DNA of 61,653 nucleotides, the filler included. It is 7 parts of 7 records of this genome, joined end to end, with 100 filler letters (N's around TTAATTAATTAA, not from the genome) between each part and the next. Parts side by side here need not be neighbours in the genome. Positions count along the whole stretch, not along the records: positions 1 to 8,582 come from SRR31156797_4538; positions 8,683 to 17,044 come from SRR31156797_4542; 5 more parts are not named here. One strand, 5' to 3'. Shown in pieces: positions 1-9,135 of this stretch. The stretch's first letter is position 1; every line of letters begins with the position of its first letter. The translations under genes and the position numbers were made by a program. The notes beneath the pieces are model-generated. The model saw only the letters and a list, made by a program, of their open reading frames with translations. It was not told the origin of the DNA and ran no database searches.

Positions 1-1118
1 AAACCCTTAAAGATTTTGCAATCAAAGAAGGTATCGGGCTGACCGTTGTCGGACCAGAAAATTATCTGGCTGATGGAATCGCTGATGTTTTTGAAAAGAA
101 CGGACTTAAGGTTTTCGGCGTTAACAAAAAAGCAGCTCAACTAGAATCATCAAAAGCTTTTGCAAAAGAAATAATGCAGTCTGCAAATATCCCGACAGCT
201 GCTCACACCACTGTTGACTGCCTTGATAAAGGAAAAGCTGTTCTTAGAAACTCAAGTTACCCTATTGTTCTAAAAGCTGACGGTCTCGCTGCAGGAAAAG
301 GCGTGATAATTTGTGATACTGAGGAAACAGCTCAGACAGAACTTGAGGAAATGCTTGGTGGAAAGTTTTCAGATGCAGGATCAAAAGTTGTTATTGAGCA
401 GTTTCTTGTTGGGGAAGAACTTTCTCTGTTGCTTTTCGTTGATGGAGATAACGTTAAGCATCTGCAATTCTCACAGGACCACAAGGCTCTTCTTGATGGT
501 GACAAAGGTCCTAACACTGGCGGAATGGGTGCCTACACACCTGTAAGTATCGGAAACAAAAAAACGATAGAAACCGTTGATAAAATGGTTGTTGGACCTC
601 TTCTTTCTGAATTTAAGAAAAGAGAGATAGACTATCGTGGAATTCTCTATATCGGTCTCATGATGGTTGATGAAACGCCATACGTCCTTGAATATAATGT
701 GAGATTTGGAGACCCCGAAACAGAGCCTTTGATGATGATGATGGAAAGTGATATTGTTCCGTACATGACTGCAACTTTTGAAAAAAAGCTTGGTCAGACT
801 GATGACATTAAATGGCACGAAGGGGCAGGAGCCACCGTTGTTCTTGCAAGCTCAGGTTATCCTGGATCATACGAGAAGGGCAAGGTTATTGAAAATCTTG
901 ATAAAACTGATAGCGACTGTGTTGTTTTCCATGCTGGAACAAAAGCAACTCTAGATGGAAAGATTGTTACAGATGGCGGTCGAGTTCTGATGGTAACCTG
1001 TAGAGGTGATAACATTTCAAAAGCAATTGAAAAAACATATTTAAATACCGGCAAAATAGTTTTTGACGGCGCATACTGTCGCAAAGACATTGGATACAGA
1101 GAGATAAAAAGAAAATGA
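1..1118 (+). CDS. purD: Phosphoribosylamine--glycine ligase (5'-truncated)
   Basis: Frame is open from the window edge (LTVVGPE...AAQLESSKAFAK). Motifs KADGLAAGKGV, QDHK, GPNTGGMGAY, LEYNVRFGDPE. Confidence 0.97.
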   Translation, partial: TLKDFAIKEGIGLTVVGPENYLADGIADVFEKNGLKVFGVNKKAAQLESSKAFAKEIMQSANIPTAAHTTVDCLDKGKAVLRNSSYPIVLKADGLAAGKGVIICDTEETAQTELEEMLGGKFSDAGSKVVIEQFLVGEELSLLLFVDGDNVKHLQFSQDHKALLDGDKGPNTGGMGAYTPVSIGNKKTIETVDKMVVGPLLSEFKKREIDYRGILYIGLMMVDETPYVLEYNVRFGDPETEPLMMMMESDIVPYMTATFEKKLGQTDDIKWHEGAGATVVLASSGYPGSYEKGKVIENLDKTDSDCVVFHAGTKATLDGKIVTDGGRVLMVTCRGDNISKAIEKTYLNTGKIVFDGAYCRKDIGYREIKRK

Positions 1119-1678
1119 TAATTAATGAATCCCGTTTTTTAAAAAGTGCATCGGCAATGAAAGATCTTCCGGACAGCAGTCTTCCGGAATTTGCTTTCAT
1201 AGGGCGCTCAAATGTTGGAAAATCGAGCCTTCTAAACATGCTTTTAGGTCGAAGCGGACTTGTTAAGACCTCTAAGAAACCAGGAAAAACCATTTTAATT
1301 AACTATTTTCTCGCAAATGAAAACGTCTTTTTTGTAGATCTGCCGGGATACGGATTTGCTCATAGATCAAAAGCATCAAGAAATATGTGGCAGAGATTTA
1401 TTGAACAGTATCTCGTTGAAAGAAAAGAGCTTGTTGACATCTTCCTTCTCATTGACTCCAGACACGGAGTAATGGAAAACGACGGACAGATGATAGACTT
1501 CCTTGATCACTACAATATTCCGTTCACACCAATTTTCACAAAAACTGATAAACTCAACAAAAATGCTCTTTCAGCGGTAAAAAAGAAAAATCCTGAATGT
1601 TTTTTCACTTCTGCAGCAAGCGGTGCCGGAAGAAAGGAGCTACTTGAATATATTGAAAGTCTTATAACAGCTGAGTAA
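1115..1678 (+). CDS. engB: Ribosome biogenesis GTPase YihA/YsxC
   Basis: PEFAFIGRSNVGKSS, KPGKT, DLPGYG, TKTDK; ATGA overlap with purD. Confidence 0.96.
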   Translation: MIINESRFLKSASAMKDLPDSSLPEFAFIGRSNVGKSSLLNMLLGRSGLVKTSKKPGKTILINYFLANENVFFVDLPGYGFAHRSKASRNMWQRFIEQYLVERKELVDIFLLIDSRHGVMENDGQMIDFLDHYNIPFTPIFTKTDKLNKNALSAVKKKNPECFFTSAASGAGRKELLEYIESLITAE

Positions 1679-1682
1679 AACT

Positions 1683-2222
1683 ATGATCAACCATTTAGCA
1701 AAGATCAAGAGCCTTTTTTTAATAGTTTTTCTAGGCTTTACAGTTAATGCAACAGAAATTGTTGAAAGCGTTGTTGCCAGCCTCAATGATCGCGCTATAA
1801 CCTACTCTGAGATTCTCCAGGAAGGAGAGCTTATTAATATTGAGAATAACGTTCCTCCAGGCACTCCAATGACTCCGGAAATTAAAGAAAAAGTTCTTAA
1901 CCTGATAATGTTCAGGATCATTATGTTCAAAGAGGCCCGAAGCGAAAATGTTACAGTTGAAGATAAAAAGGTTCGCAAGAAGGTGAAAACCTACATGTCA
2001 AATGTCTATATAAATAAATATCTTAAAAAATATGATATTTCTGAGCTTACCTTTACCACTCTTATAAAAATGCGACTTCTTGCGGATAAAATGACATCCC
2101 GTTTTCTGAAAAAGAGATTTAAAAACAAGGTTCCTGATGCAAAGCAGAAAAAAAAGGCTGTTGAGGACTGGCAGAAAAATCTTTTTAAAAAACAGAAGCT
2201 TGTGTTATATTCTATTCCGTAA
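1683..2222 (+). CDS. Secreted SurA N-terminal-domain-like protein
   Basis: Signal peptide followed by EIVESVVASLNDRAITYSEI, resembling the SurA-N start; no PPIase domain seen. Confidence 0.5.
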   Translation: MINHLAKIKSLFLIVFLGFTVNATEIVESVVASLNDRAITYSEILQEGELINIENNVPPGTPMTPEIKEKVLNLIMFRIIMFKEARSENVTVEDKKVRKKVKTYMSNVYINKYLKKYDISELTFTTLIKMRLLADKMTSRFLKKRFKNKVPDAKQKKKAVEDWQKNLFKKQKLVLYSIP

Positions 2223-2237
2223 TTATCAGGAGGAAGT

Positions 2238-3002
2238 ATGGGAAAGATAATTTCAGTCATCAATCAAAAGGGTGGCGTTGGAAAAACAACAACAGCTGTA
2301 AACCTTGCTGCCTGTCTTGGTGTAATGGAAAAAAAGGTGCTCCTTGTCGACATGGACCCACAGGGAAATGCCACATCGATGAGCTCTATAAAAGCTGAAA
2401 AGTATAACACTATTTACGATTTAATGGCAGATCCAGAAATTGATGCCGTCTATAACACCGAGCTTCCATTTATGAAAGTAATTCCCTGTAACGAGGAACT
2501 TACAGGAGCAGAAGTCGAACTTCTGCAGATGGATGATAGAGAGTATGTTTTAAAGCAGACTCTTGAAGTACTTAAAAAAAAGTTCGACTATATAATTATT
2601 GATTCTCCTCCAAGCCTGAACATTCTCACCGTAAATAACATGGTAGCTTCTGATGGAGTTATTATTCCAATTCAGTGCGAGTATTTTGCACTCGAGGGGT
2701 TAAGCCGGATCATGGAGACAATTGGAAATATCAGAAATGTGAATCCCGGTCTTAAGATCTATGGAATTCTTCTGACAATGTATGACAAAAGAGTAAAGCT
2801 TACATACGAAGTGGAAAATGATGTCCGCGAACACTTTGGCAAAGACGTTTTTAAAACTTTTATTCCAAGAAACGTTAAACTCAGTGAGTCTCCCAGCTTT
2901 GGAACACCTATAGTGCTGTATGACATTTCATCGATCGGTGCTAAAAAATATCTGGAACTGGCGGAAGAGTTCATTAAAAGAATGAAAAGGAGTGGAAAAT
3001 GA
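2238..3002 (+). CDS. parA: Chromosome partitioning ATPase ParA/Soj
   Basis: NQKGGVGKTTT, DMDPQGNAT, IDSPPSL, PIQCEYFALEG; RBS AGGAGG. Confidence 0.96.
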   Translation: MGKIISVINQKGGVGKTTTAVNLAACLGVMEKKVLLVDMDPQGNATSMSSIKAEKYNTIYDLMADPEIDAVYNTELPFMKVIPCNEELTGAEVELLQMDDREYVLKQTLEVLKKKFDYIIIDSPPSLNILTVNNMVASDGVIIPIQCEYFALEGLSRIMETIGNIRNVNPGLKIYGILLTMYDKRVKLTYEVENDVREHFGKDVFKTFIPRNVKLSESPSFGTPIVLYDISSIGAKKYLELAEEFIKRMKRSGK

Positions 3003-3820
3003 AAGAAAAAAGAAAACTCGGGAAAGGCCTTGATGCACTTATAAAATCTGCGCCGACCAGTGACTATATGGTGGTTTCTATAAAAGATGTTGTTGCTAAT
3101 GAAAATCAGCCCAGAAAACAATTTGATGAGCAGAGGCTTTCTGAACTATCAGAGTCTATAAAACAGTACGGAATAATCCAGCCTATCGTTGTCAAAAAAG
3201 AAGGACGCAAATACAGGATAGTTGCTGGAGAAAGAAGATATCGTGCAGCAAAACTGGCAGGACTTGAGGAACTCAAAGTTATTCTTTTTAAAGGTGAAGA
3301 AGATTATCAGGTCAGCCTTATAGAAAATCTTCAAAGAGAGGACCTCAACCCGATCGAAGTTGCAGAAGCATACACTGAACTTATCAAAAGATTTGATTAC
3401 ACTCAGTCTGAACTTAGCACAAAAGTTGGAAAAAGCAGGAGTGAGATCAGTAACAATATGAGGCTTCTTAATCTGGTTGGCAAGATCCAGGACCTTGTAC
3501 GAAGCGGAACAATTTCCGTTGGACAGGCAAGGCCGCTTACAGTTCTAGATAAAGAGGACCAGAAACTTTTTCTGGACAGAATACTGGAAGACAAATTGAC
3601 TGCTAGACAAGTTGAAAAGCTAGTTTCCGGAAAGAAGGAAAAAAAACCAATGCCTGATATTGGCAAGTATTGGAAAAAAGAACAGTCTGAGATCCACCTT
3701 GCAACAAATGCGAAAGTTACTGTTAAAGAAAAGAAAAAAGGTGTTTCAATCGTACTTGATTTCAAGAATATCGGCGACTACGAAAACTTTAGCAACATAA
3801 TGAAAGACCTGAACAAATGA
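2999..3820 (+). CDS. parB: Chromosome partitioning protein ParB/Spo0J
   Basis: LGKGLDALI, QPRKQF, IVAGERRYRAA, IENLQREDLNPIE, HTH region. Confidence 0.96.
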   Translation: MKEKRKLGKGLDALIKSAPTSDYMVVSIKDVVANENQPRKQFDEQRLSELSESIKQYGIIQPIVVKKEGRKYRIVAGERRYRAAKLAGLEELKVILFKGEEDYQVSLIENLQREDLNPIEVAEAYTELIKRFDYTQSELSTKVGKSRSEISNNMRLLNLVGKIQDLVRSGTISVGQARPLTVLDKEDQKLFLDRILEDKLTARQVEKLVSGKKEKKPMPDIGKYWKKEQSEIHLATNAKVTVKEKKKGVSIVLDFKNIGDYENFSNIMKDLNK

Positions 3821-4497
3821 GCTTAAAGCTCTCTCTTTTTCTAATTATCACCACAGTTTCCTTTTCCCTCTTTGCACAGTTTACCATCCTTATTGATCCT
3901 GGTCATGGAGGAAAGAACAAGGGAGCGGTTTCAAATGGAATTGAAGAAAAGGACCTGACACTTGAGCTTGCACTTAAGCTTAAAGCTTTTTTCAAAAAAC
4001 ATCCAGCCCAAAAGATAAAAATCCTATTCTCAAGAACAACCGATCAGGACCTTAAAATTAAAAAAAGAGCAGAAATGATCGAAAAGGCCAAACCGGATCT
4101 CTTTATTTCACTTCATTTTAATTCTCAGAAGTTTCTTACAACGACAAGAGGGTTTGAGATATATTACCCTTCAGACTCACTTGATAAGAATTCAAAAGAA
4201 ATGGCAAAAAAATATGACCGTGCCAACCGTTCATTCTATTACGGAAAGTTTTTTAAGAATCTCTATTTCAAAGCGAATCTACATACAACATGGAAACTCC
4301 CATTTAACCTTTTCACTCAAAAGTATGGCCTTAAACTCTTTGATGAAACAACTGTTCCAGGTCTTCTTTTAGAAATAGCCTACTTATCATCATCTGAAGA
4401 CAGAGCATGTATTGAAAACAAGGACTTTGTTGCTGATATTGCCTGGTATATTTATGATGCTATTAAGAAAATATCTAAAAAGAAAAAACAGAAGTAA
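3817..4497 (+). CDS. N-acetylmuramoyl-L-alanine amidase (Amidase_3), secreted
   Basis: Signal peptide; IDPGHGG, EKDLTL, LFISLHFN, LLEIAYL zinc/catalytic motifs. Confidence 0.9.
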   Translation: MSLKLSLFLIITTVSFSLFAQFTILIDPGHGGKNKGAVSNGIEEKDLTLELALKLKAFFKKHPAQKIKILFSRTTDQDLKIKKRAEMIEKAKPDLFISLHFNSQKFLTTTRGFEIYYPSDSLDKNSKEMAKKYDRANRSFYYGKFFKNLYFKANLHTTWKLPFNLFTQKYGLKLFDETTVPGLLLEIAYLSSSEDRACIENKDFVADIAWYIYDAIKKISKKKKQK

Positions 4498-4503
4498 AAA
4501 CCC

Positions 4504-5178
4504 CTATTTTGCACCGTAGATCTTATAATACTCTTTAATTCTTTCGGCAATTTCATCATCAAGAACAACTTTGCCTGCAATTTCTTTGTTATGAAGATAT
4601 TCTATAACTTCTGCCATTGAAACGATCGGAAAGGTCTTCATTCCAAAATGTTCGTGAAGCTCATCAAGTGCGCTTTTCTCGCCCTTTCCTCTTTCCATGC
4701 GATTTACAGAAATGACTAGGGCACAAACATCCACATCCGCTTGAGCCTTAAGGACCGGAACTGTTTCATAAATACTGGTTCCTGCTGTAGTAACATCCTC
4801 AACGATCACAACCTTGTCACTATCCTGAAGTTTATGACCAACGATGGTTCCTTTTTCACCATGATCTTTTGCTTCCTTCCTGTTGAAACAGAAAGCTGCG
4901 TCTTTGCCATACATTTCTTTAAGAGCGATCGCAGTCGTAACAACTAAAGGAATTCCTTTATATGCCGGTCCGAAAAGAACATCAAAGTCGCCACCTGTAT
5001 TTTCCATTATTGACTGGGCATAGAACTTTCCAAGCTTTGCAATTTGCTCACCGGTTCTATACTTGCCTGTATTTACGAAAAAAGGAGTCTTTCTTCCACT
5101 TTTTGTAGTGAAATCTCCAAATGTAAGAACTTCGCATTTAACCATAAAATCAATAAAATCTTTTTTGTAACTTTCCAT
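4504..5178 (-). CDS. pyrE: Orotate phosphoribosyltransferase
   Basis: FGDFTTKSGR, FGPAYKGIP, FNRKEAKDHGE, VEDVTTAGTS. Confidence 0.96.
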   Translation of the reverse strand: MESYKKDFIDFMVKCEVLTFGDFTTKSGRKTPFFVNTGKYRTGEQIAKLGKFYAQSIMENTGGDFDVLFGPAYKGIPLVVTTAIALKEMYGKDAAFCFNRKEAKDHGEKGTIVGHKLQDSDKVVIVEDVTTAGTSIYETVPVLKAQADVDVCALVISVNRMERGKGEKSALDELHEHFGMKTFPIVSMAEVIEYLHNKEIAGKVVLDDEIAERIKEYYKIYGAK

Positions 5179-5342
5179 AATTCCTCCTATCTATTCAAGA
5201 ACAGTTCACTGAAAATACTTTAAAAAACTCTATTATCCAATTTTTTTGATAATAAATGAAAAGTAATGTAAAATCCTTCGAAATTTGTTCATTTTTTTGT
5301 GAAAAGTGAGGGTTTCAATAACAAAAATTTCAGGAGAATGAA

Positions 5343-6470
5343 ATGTCTAAGTATCGTATTGCCTGGTTGCCAGGTGACGGCGTAGGGAAGGAAGTAATGG
5401 AAGCAACAAAGATCGTTCTTGACGGTCTTGGTCTTGACGCAGAGTATGTTCATGGTGATATCGGTTGGGAATTCTGGTGCAAAGAGGGAGACCCTCTTCC
5501 AAAAAGAACTACTGACATGATGAAAACTACTGATTGCGCACTTTTTGGAGCGATTACATCAAAGCCTCAAAGAGAAGCAAAAGAAGAGTTAATTCCAGAA
5601 CTTAAAGACACTGGCCTTGTTTATTTCTCACCTATCGTGAGACTTCGTCAGGAGTTTGATCTTTACTGCAACGAAAGACCGAATGTAGCATTCAAAGGCA
5701 ATCCACTTAACTTAAAAGATGACATCAACATAACCGTTTTCCGTGAAAATACTGAAGGAAGTTATGCCGGTGTTGAATTTGGTCCTGTAACTGAGAATCT
5801 TAAAGAGGCAATGCTTAAAGATGCTCCTAAAATGAAAAAGTTCATGGACACCGATGGTGAAGATATGGCCGTTTCAACAAGGATCATAACAAGAAAAGGT
5901 GCTGAAAGAATTATCAGATCAGCATTTGAGCATGCAGACAAGTTTAAGAAAAGCAGCGTAACACTTGTTGAAAAACCAAACGTTCTCCGTAAAACAGGCG
6001 GAATCATGATCGAACTCTTTGAAGAAGTTGCAAAAGAGTATCCTCATATTGACAGCTGGTTTGACAATGTTGATGCTATTGCGATGTGGCTTGTTAAGTC
6101 ACCTGAAAAATACGAAGTTCTTGTTGCTGAAAATCTTTTTGGCGACATCATAAGTGACCTTGCAGGACAGCTTGTTGGTGGACTTGGGTTTGCACACAGC
6201 GGAAATATCGGAAAAGAATATGCCGTTTTTGAACCAGTTCACGGAAGTGCTCCAAAATACGATGGCCTGTATAAAGTGAATCCAATGGCCATGTTCCTTG
6301 CTGCAAGAATGATGCTTAATTACCTTGGCGAAACAGAAAAAGCAGAAAAACTCATCAAGGGAATCGAGAAAACTGTAAGAGATGGAAAAGTTGTTACTTA
6401 CGATCTTAAGGGAACAGCGAAAACTCTTGAAGTTGCTAAAGAAGTTCTTAAAAACGCTCTGGAAGCATAA
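5343..6470 (+). CDS. Isocitrate/isopropylmalate-family beta-decarboxylating dehydrogenase (substrate unresolved)
   Basis: LPGDGVG, ALFGA, RENTEG, NLFGDIISD, FEPVHGSAP. Confidence 0.9.
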   Translation: MSKYRIAWLPGDGVGKEVMEATKIVLDGLGLDAEYVHGDIGWEFWCKEGDPLPKRTTDMMKTTDCALFGAITSKPQREAKEELIPELKDTGLVYFSPIVRLRQEFDLYCNERPNVAFKGNPLNLKDDINITVFRENTEGSYAGVEFGPVTENLKEAMLKDAPKMKKFMDTDGEDMAVSTRIITRKGAERIIRSAFEHADKFKKSSVTLVEKPNVLRKTGGIMIELFEEVAKEYPHIDSWFDNVDAIAMWLVKSPEKYEVLVAENLFGDIISDLAGQLVGGLGFAHSGNIGKEYAVFEPVHGSAPKYDGLYKVNPMAMFLAARMMLNYLGETEKAEKLIKGIEKTVRDGKVVTYDLKGTAKTLEVAKEVLKNALEA

Positions 6471-6558
6471 ATTTTCTAAAATATCTTTTCTTTGATTAAA
6501 CTCACATCACAAGTATATTAACCAAGTTTCGTTCATTTACGATTTTTAGGAGAAATCT

Positions 6559-8223
6559 ATGAAGTATCTTGTTACATCCGCACTACCTTATGCAAATGGC
6601 CCCATTCACCTTGGACACATTGCCGGCGCTTATCTTCCCGGCGACATTTATGTTCGTTATCTTCGCAGCATGAACAAAGAAGTTCTTTACATCTGCGGAA
6701 CTGATGAGCACGGTGTTCCTATCACTCTTAACGCTGAAGGAAGAGGAATTACACCTGAAGATGTTATTAAAGAAAATCACGAAAAGATAAAGAAGGGTTT
6801 TGAGCTCATACAGATGTCATTTGATATCTTTAGCGGCACACATAATGAAACTCACAGTGAACTTTCTCAGGAATTTTTTCTCACTCTTCAAAAAGAGGGT
6901 TTTATTTCTGAAAAAGAAATTGAACAGTTCTATTGCGAGCACGATAAAATGTTTCTTCCTGATAGATATGTTGAAGGAACATGTCCGCTTTGTAAAGCTG
7001 AAGGCGCAAGAGGAGATCAGTGCGACGCTTGCGGTAACGCACTGAATACACTTGACCTTATCGATCCTAAATGCAAAATTTGTGATGCGGCTCCTGTTGC
7101 TAAAACTTCAAAACACTGGTTTCTTGATCTCAATAAATTTGAAAAAGATCTTAACAGCTGGCTTGATACTAAAACTGAATGGAAAAGTAATGTTAAAGCT
7201 TTTTGCAAGCAGTGGTTTGAAAGAGGTCTGGAGCCTCGCGGCATTACCAGAGATCTAACTTGGGGCGTTCCCGTTCCTGTTGAGGGAGCTGAGGGGAAAG
7301 TTCTTTACGTCTGGTTTGACGCTCCTATCGGTTACGCATCTTTTACCAAAGAATATTTTGCCAAAAAGGGTGCTGATGAAAATGAATGGGAAAAATGGTG
7401 GAAAGGTGGCGATGATGTGAAGTTAACTCACTTTATCGGTAAGGACAACATCGTTTTTCATTCAATAATCTGGCCCGCTATGCTTATGGGACAAAATAGT
7501 GGTTGGAAACTTCCTGATGAGATCCCTGCAAATGAATTTCTTAACCTTGAAGGACAGAAAATATCAACAAGTAAGAACTGGGCGATCTGGGTACATGAAT
7601 TTCTTGAAAAGTTCTATTCAGATTCAGTCAGATTTTATCTTGCTGAAATTGCACCGGAATCAAAAGACGCTGATTTTAGTTTTAAAAAGTTTCAGGAAGC
7701 AAACAACTCTCTTCTTGCTGGAATTTACGGCAACTTTGCCAATAGAAACCTCGCTTTCATCAACAAATTCTTCAAAGGAAAGATCGATGGAGAGATCGAA
7801 ACTGGAGAAGAAGATGAAAAAGTATGGAACGAGGCGATCACTGAAGCAAAAACTATTCTTGAATGCTATGACAATTATAAGGTAAGGGAAGCCGTTGAAA
7901 GAGCTATGGATCTTGGACGCCTGGCAAACAAATATTTCGACACAATGGCTCCCTGGGCACTTAGAAAAGACAATAAACCAAGATGCAGAGGCGTTCTTCT
8001 CACTGCAATGAATCTTATCAACCTTATCGGGACAGTTCTTTCACCGATAACACCGAAAACTGTGGTAAAAGTCAGAAAGATGCTTGGACTTAAAGAAGAA
8101 GTCGACTTTACAACTGATATTAGAAAAATGGTGGAACCTGGTGTCAAACTTGGTGAAGTTGAAATTCTTTTCACAATGATCGATGATGAAACTATCGAAG
8201 CTGAAAAAGCCCGTTTAGGTTAA
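6559..8223 (+). CDS. metG: Methionine--tRNA ligase (short form, no C-terminal tRNA-binding domain)
   Basis: ALPYANGPIHLGH, GTDEHG, zinc-knuckle cysteines, YVWFDA, GKDN, KISTS (KMSKS equivalent). Confidence 0.97.
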   Translation: MKYLVTSALPYANGPIHLGHIAGAYLPGDIYVRYLRSMNKEVLYICGTDEHGVPITLNAEGRGITPEDVIKENHEKIKKGFELIQMSFDIFSGTHNETHSELSQEFFLTLQKEGFISEKEIEQFYCEHDKMFLPDRYVEGTCPLCKAEGARGDQCDACGNALNTLDLIDPKCKICDAAPVAKTSKHWFLDLNKFEKDLNSWLDTKTEWKSNVKAFCKQWFERGLEPRGITRDLTWGVPVPVEGAEGKVLYVWFDAPIGYASFTKEYFAKKGADENEWEKWWKGGDDVKLTHFIGKDNIVFHSIIWPAMLMGQNSGWKLPDEIPANEFLNLEGQKISTSKNWAIWVHEFLEKFYSDSVRFYLAEIAPESKDADFSFKKFQEANNSLLAGIYGNFANRNLAFINKFFKGKIDGEIETGEEDEKVWNEAITEAKTILECYDNYKVREAVERAMDLGRLANKYFDTMAPWALRKDNKPRCRGVLLTAMNLINLIGTVLSPITPKTVVKVRKMLGLKEEVDFTTDIRKMVEPGVKLGEVEILFTMIDDETIEAEKARLG

Positions 8224-8582
8224 TTTTGTAAAAACCGCAACCCTGTCAATTCCGTTTAGATCTTTAATTACTATTTCCAGTTTTAAATCTTGAGTATTTT
8301 TTAAAAACCTACTCCCCTCATATCCGAGCTCAAGCATCAACCTTCCGTTTTTATTAAGAAACTTTGCACCTTCTTTAATAATCTTTTCTGTTATTTCAAA
8401 TCCATTTTCACCACTAAAAAGTGCATTTGAAGGTTCATGCTCCAACTCATTGACACAAAAAACTTCCATATCTTTTGTTGAAAGATAGGGAGGATTTGCA
8501 GTTATGAGATCAAATTTACCGGAAACATTCTCAAAAAGGTCACTTTGAATAATTTTTATATCCGCATTTTTTCCAAACAGAG
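8215..8582 (-). CDS. prmC: Release factor glutamine methyltransferase (5'-truncated by gap)
   Basis: Frame open to contig edge: QSDLF...FDLITANPPY, HEPSNALFSGENG, KDLNGIDR; converges and overlaps with metG. Confidence 0.9.
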
Positions 8583-8682
8583 NNNNNNNNNNNNNNNNNN
8601 NNNNNNNNNNNNNNNNNNNNNNNNNNTTAATTAATTAANNNNNNNNNNNNNNNNNNNNNNNNNNNNNNNNNNNNNNNNNNNN
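8583..8682. other. Artificial contig spacer
   Basis: N-run + TTAATTAATTAA (stops in all six frames) + N-run, 100 nt. Confidence 0.99.
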
Positions 8683-8771
8683 TTACCCGCCGTACAGGCG
8701 GCTTAGAAACGGGATCGTCCGGCAACAAAGAGGAGTTTTTCCTGTTACCCGCCGTACAGGCGGCTTAAAAA
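8683..8771 (+). CRISPR. Trailer end of a type I-F-like CRISPR array (2 repeats, 1 spacer)
   Basis: (G)TTACCCGCCGTACAGGCGGCTTAGAAA at 8683-8709 (cut by the gap), 34-nt spacer 8710-8743, degenerate terminal repeat GTTACCCGCCGTACAGGCGGCTTAAAAA at 8744-8771. 28-nt length, 5-bp stem CCGCC/GGCGG with GTACA loop and CTTAGAAA handle match I-F repeats. Confidence 0.85.
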
Positions 8772-8783
8772 CAGAGAACCCAC

Positions 8784-9011
8784 ACCCTTTCCGGCGTCTA
8801 ACAGCAAATGGCAGCCATCGGGTGGGGCCTCGATGATGGATGAACCCTCACTGGGGCTGGCGCCCCTCATCGTAGCCGAACTTTTCAGAACCATTTCCAC
8901 ATCAATATACACGGACTTTCCATCCTGCTGATGGAGCAGAATGCCAGGCATGCCCTCACACTGGCAAAACGGGCTTATATGGAAACCGGAAGGATCACCC
9001 GTGAAGGGTCC
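8784..9011 (+). pseudogene. livF: Decayed 3' half of a LivF-type ABC ATPase
   Basis: Reads across frames as TLSGV*QQMAAIGWGL / MMDEPSLGLAPLIVAELFRTI / HGLSILLMEQNARHALTLAKRAYMETGRI: stop in the signature motif plus frameshifts. Confidence 0.85.
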
Positions 9012-9135
9012 AGGGTCCGGATAAGAGCTGTCGGCCGAACACGCCACATATCCGGGCATGTGAACCATAAGGAGCTTTTTATCCATTCCGGATCAAGCTT
9101 GATACCCCCTTGTCCTTTGATAATCTCCCGTTATT

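Noticed and set aside
1..8582. Alternative genetic code in the AT-rich contig
   Set aside because: Conserved genes are uninterrupted and end at TAA, TAG and TGA as expected for the standard bacterial code.
8745..9086. 113-aa minus-strand ORF beside the CRISPR repeat as a cas or anti-CRISPR gene
   Set aside because: It is the antisense of the livF remnant and ends inside the repeat.
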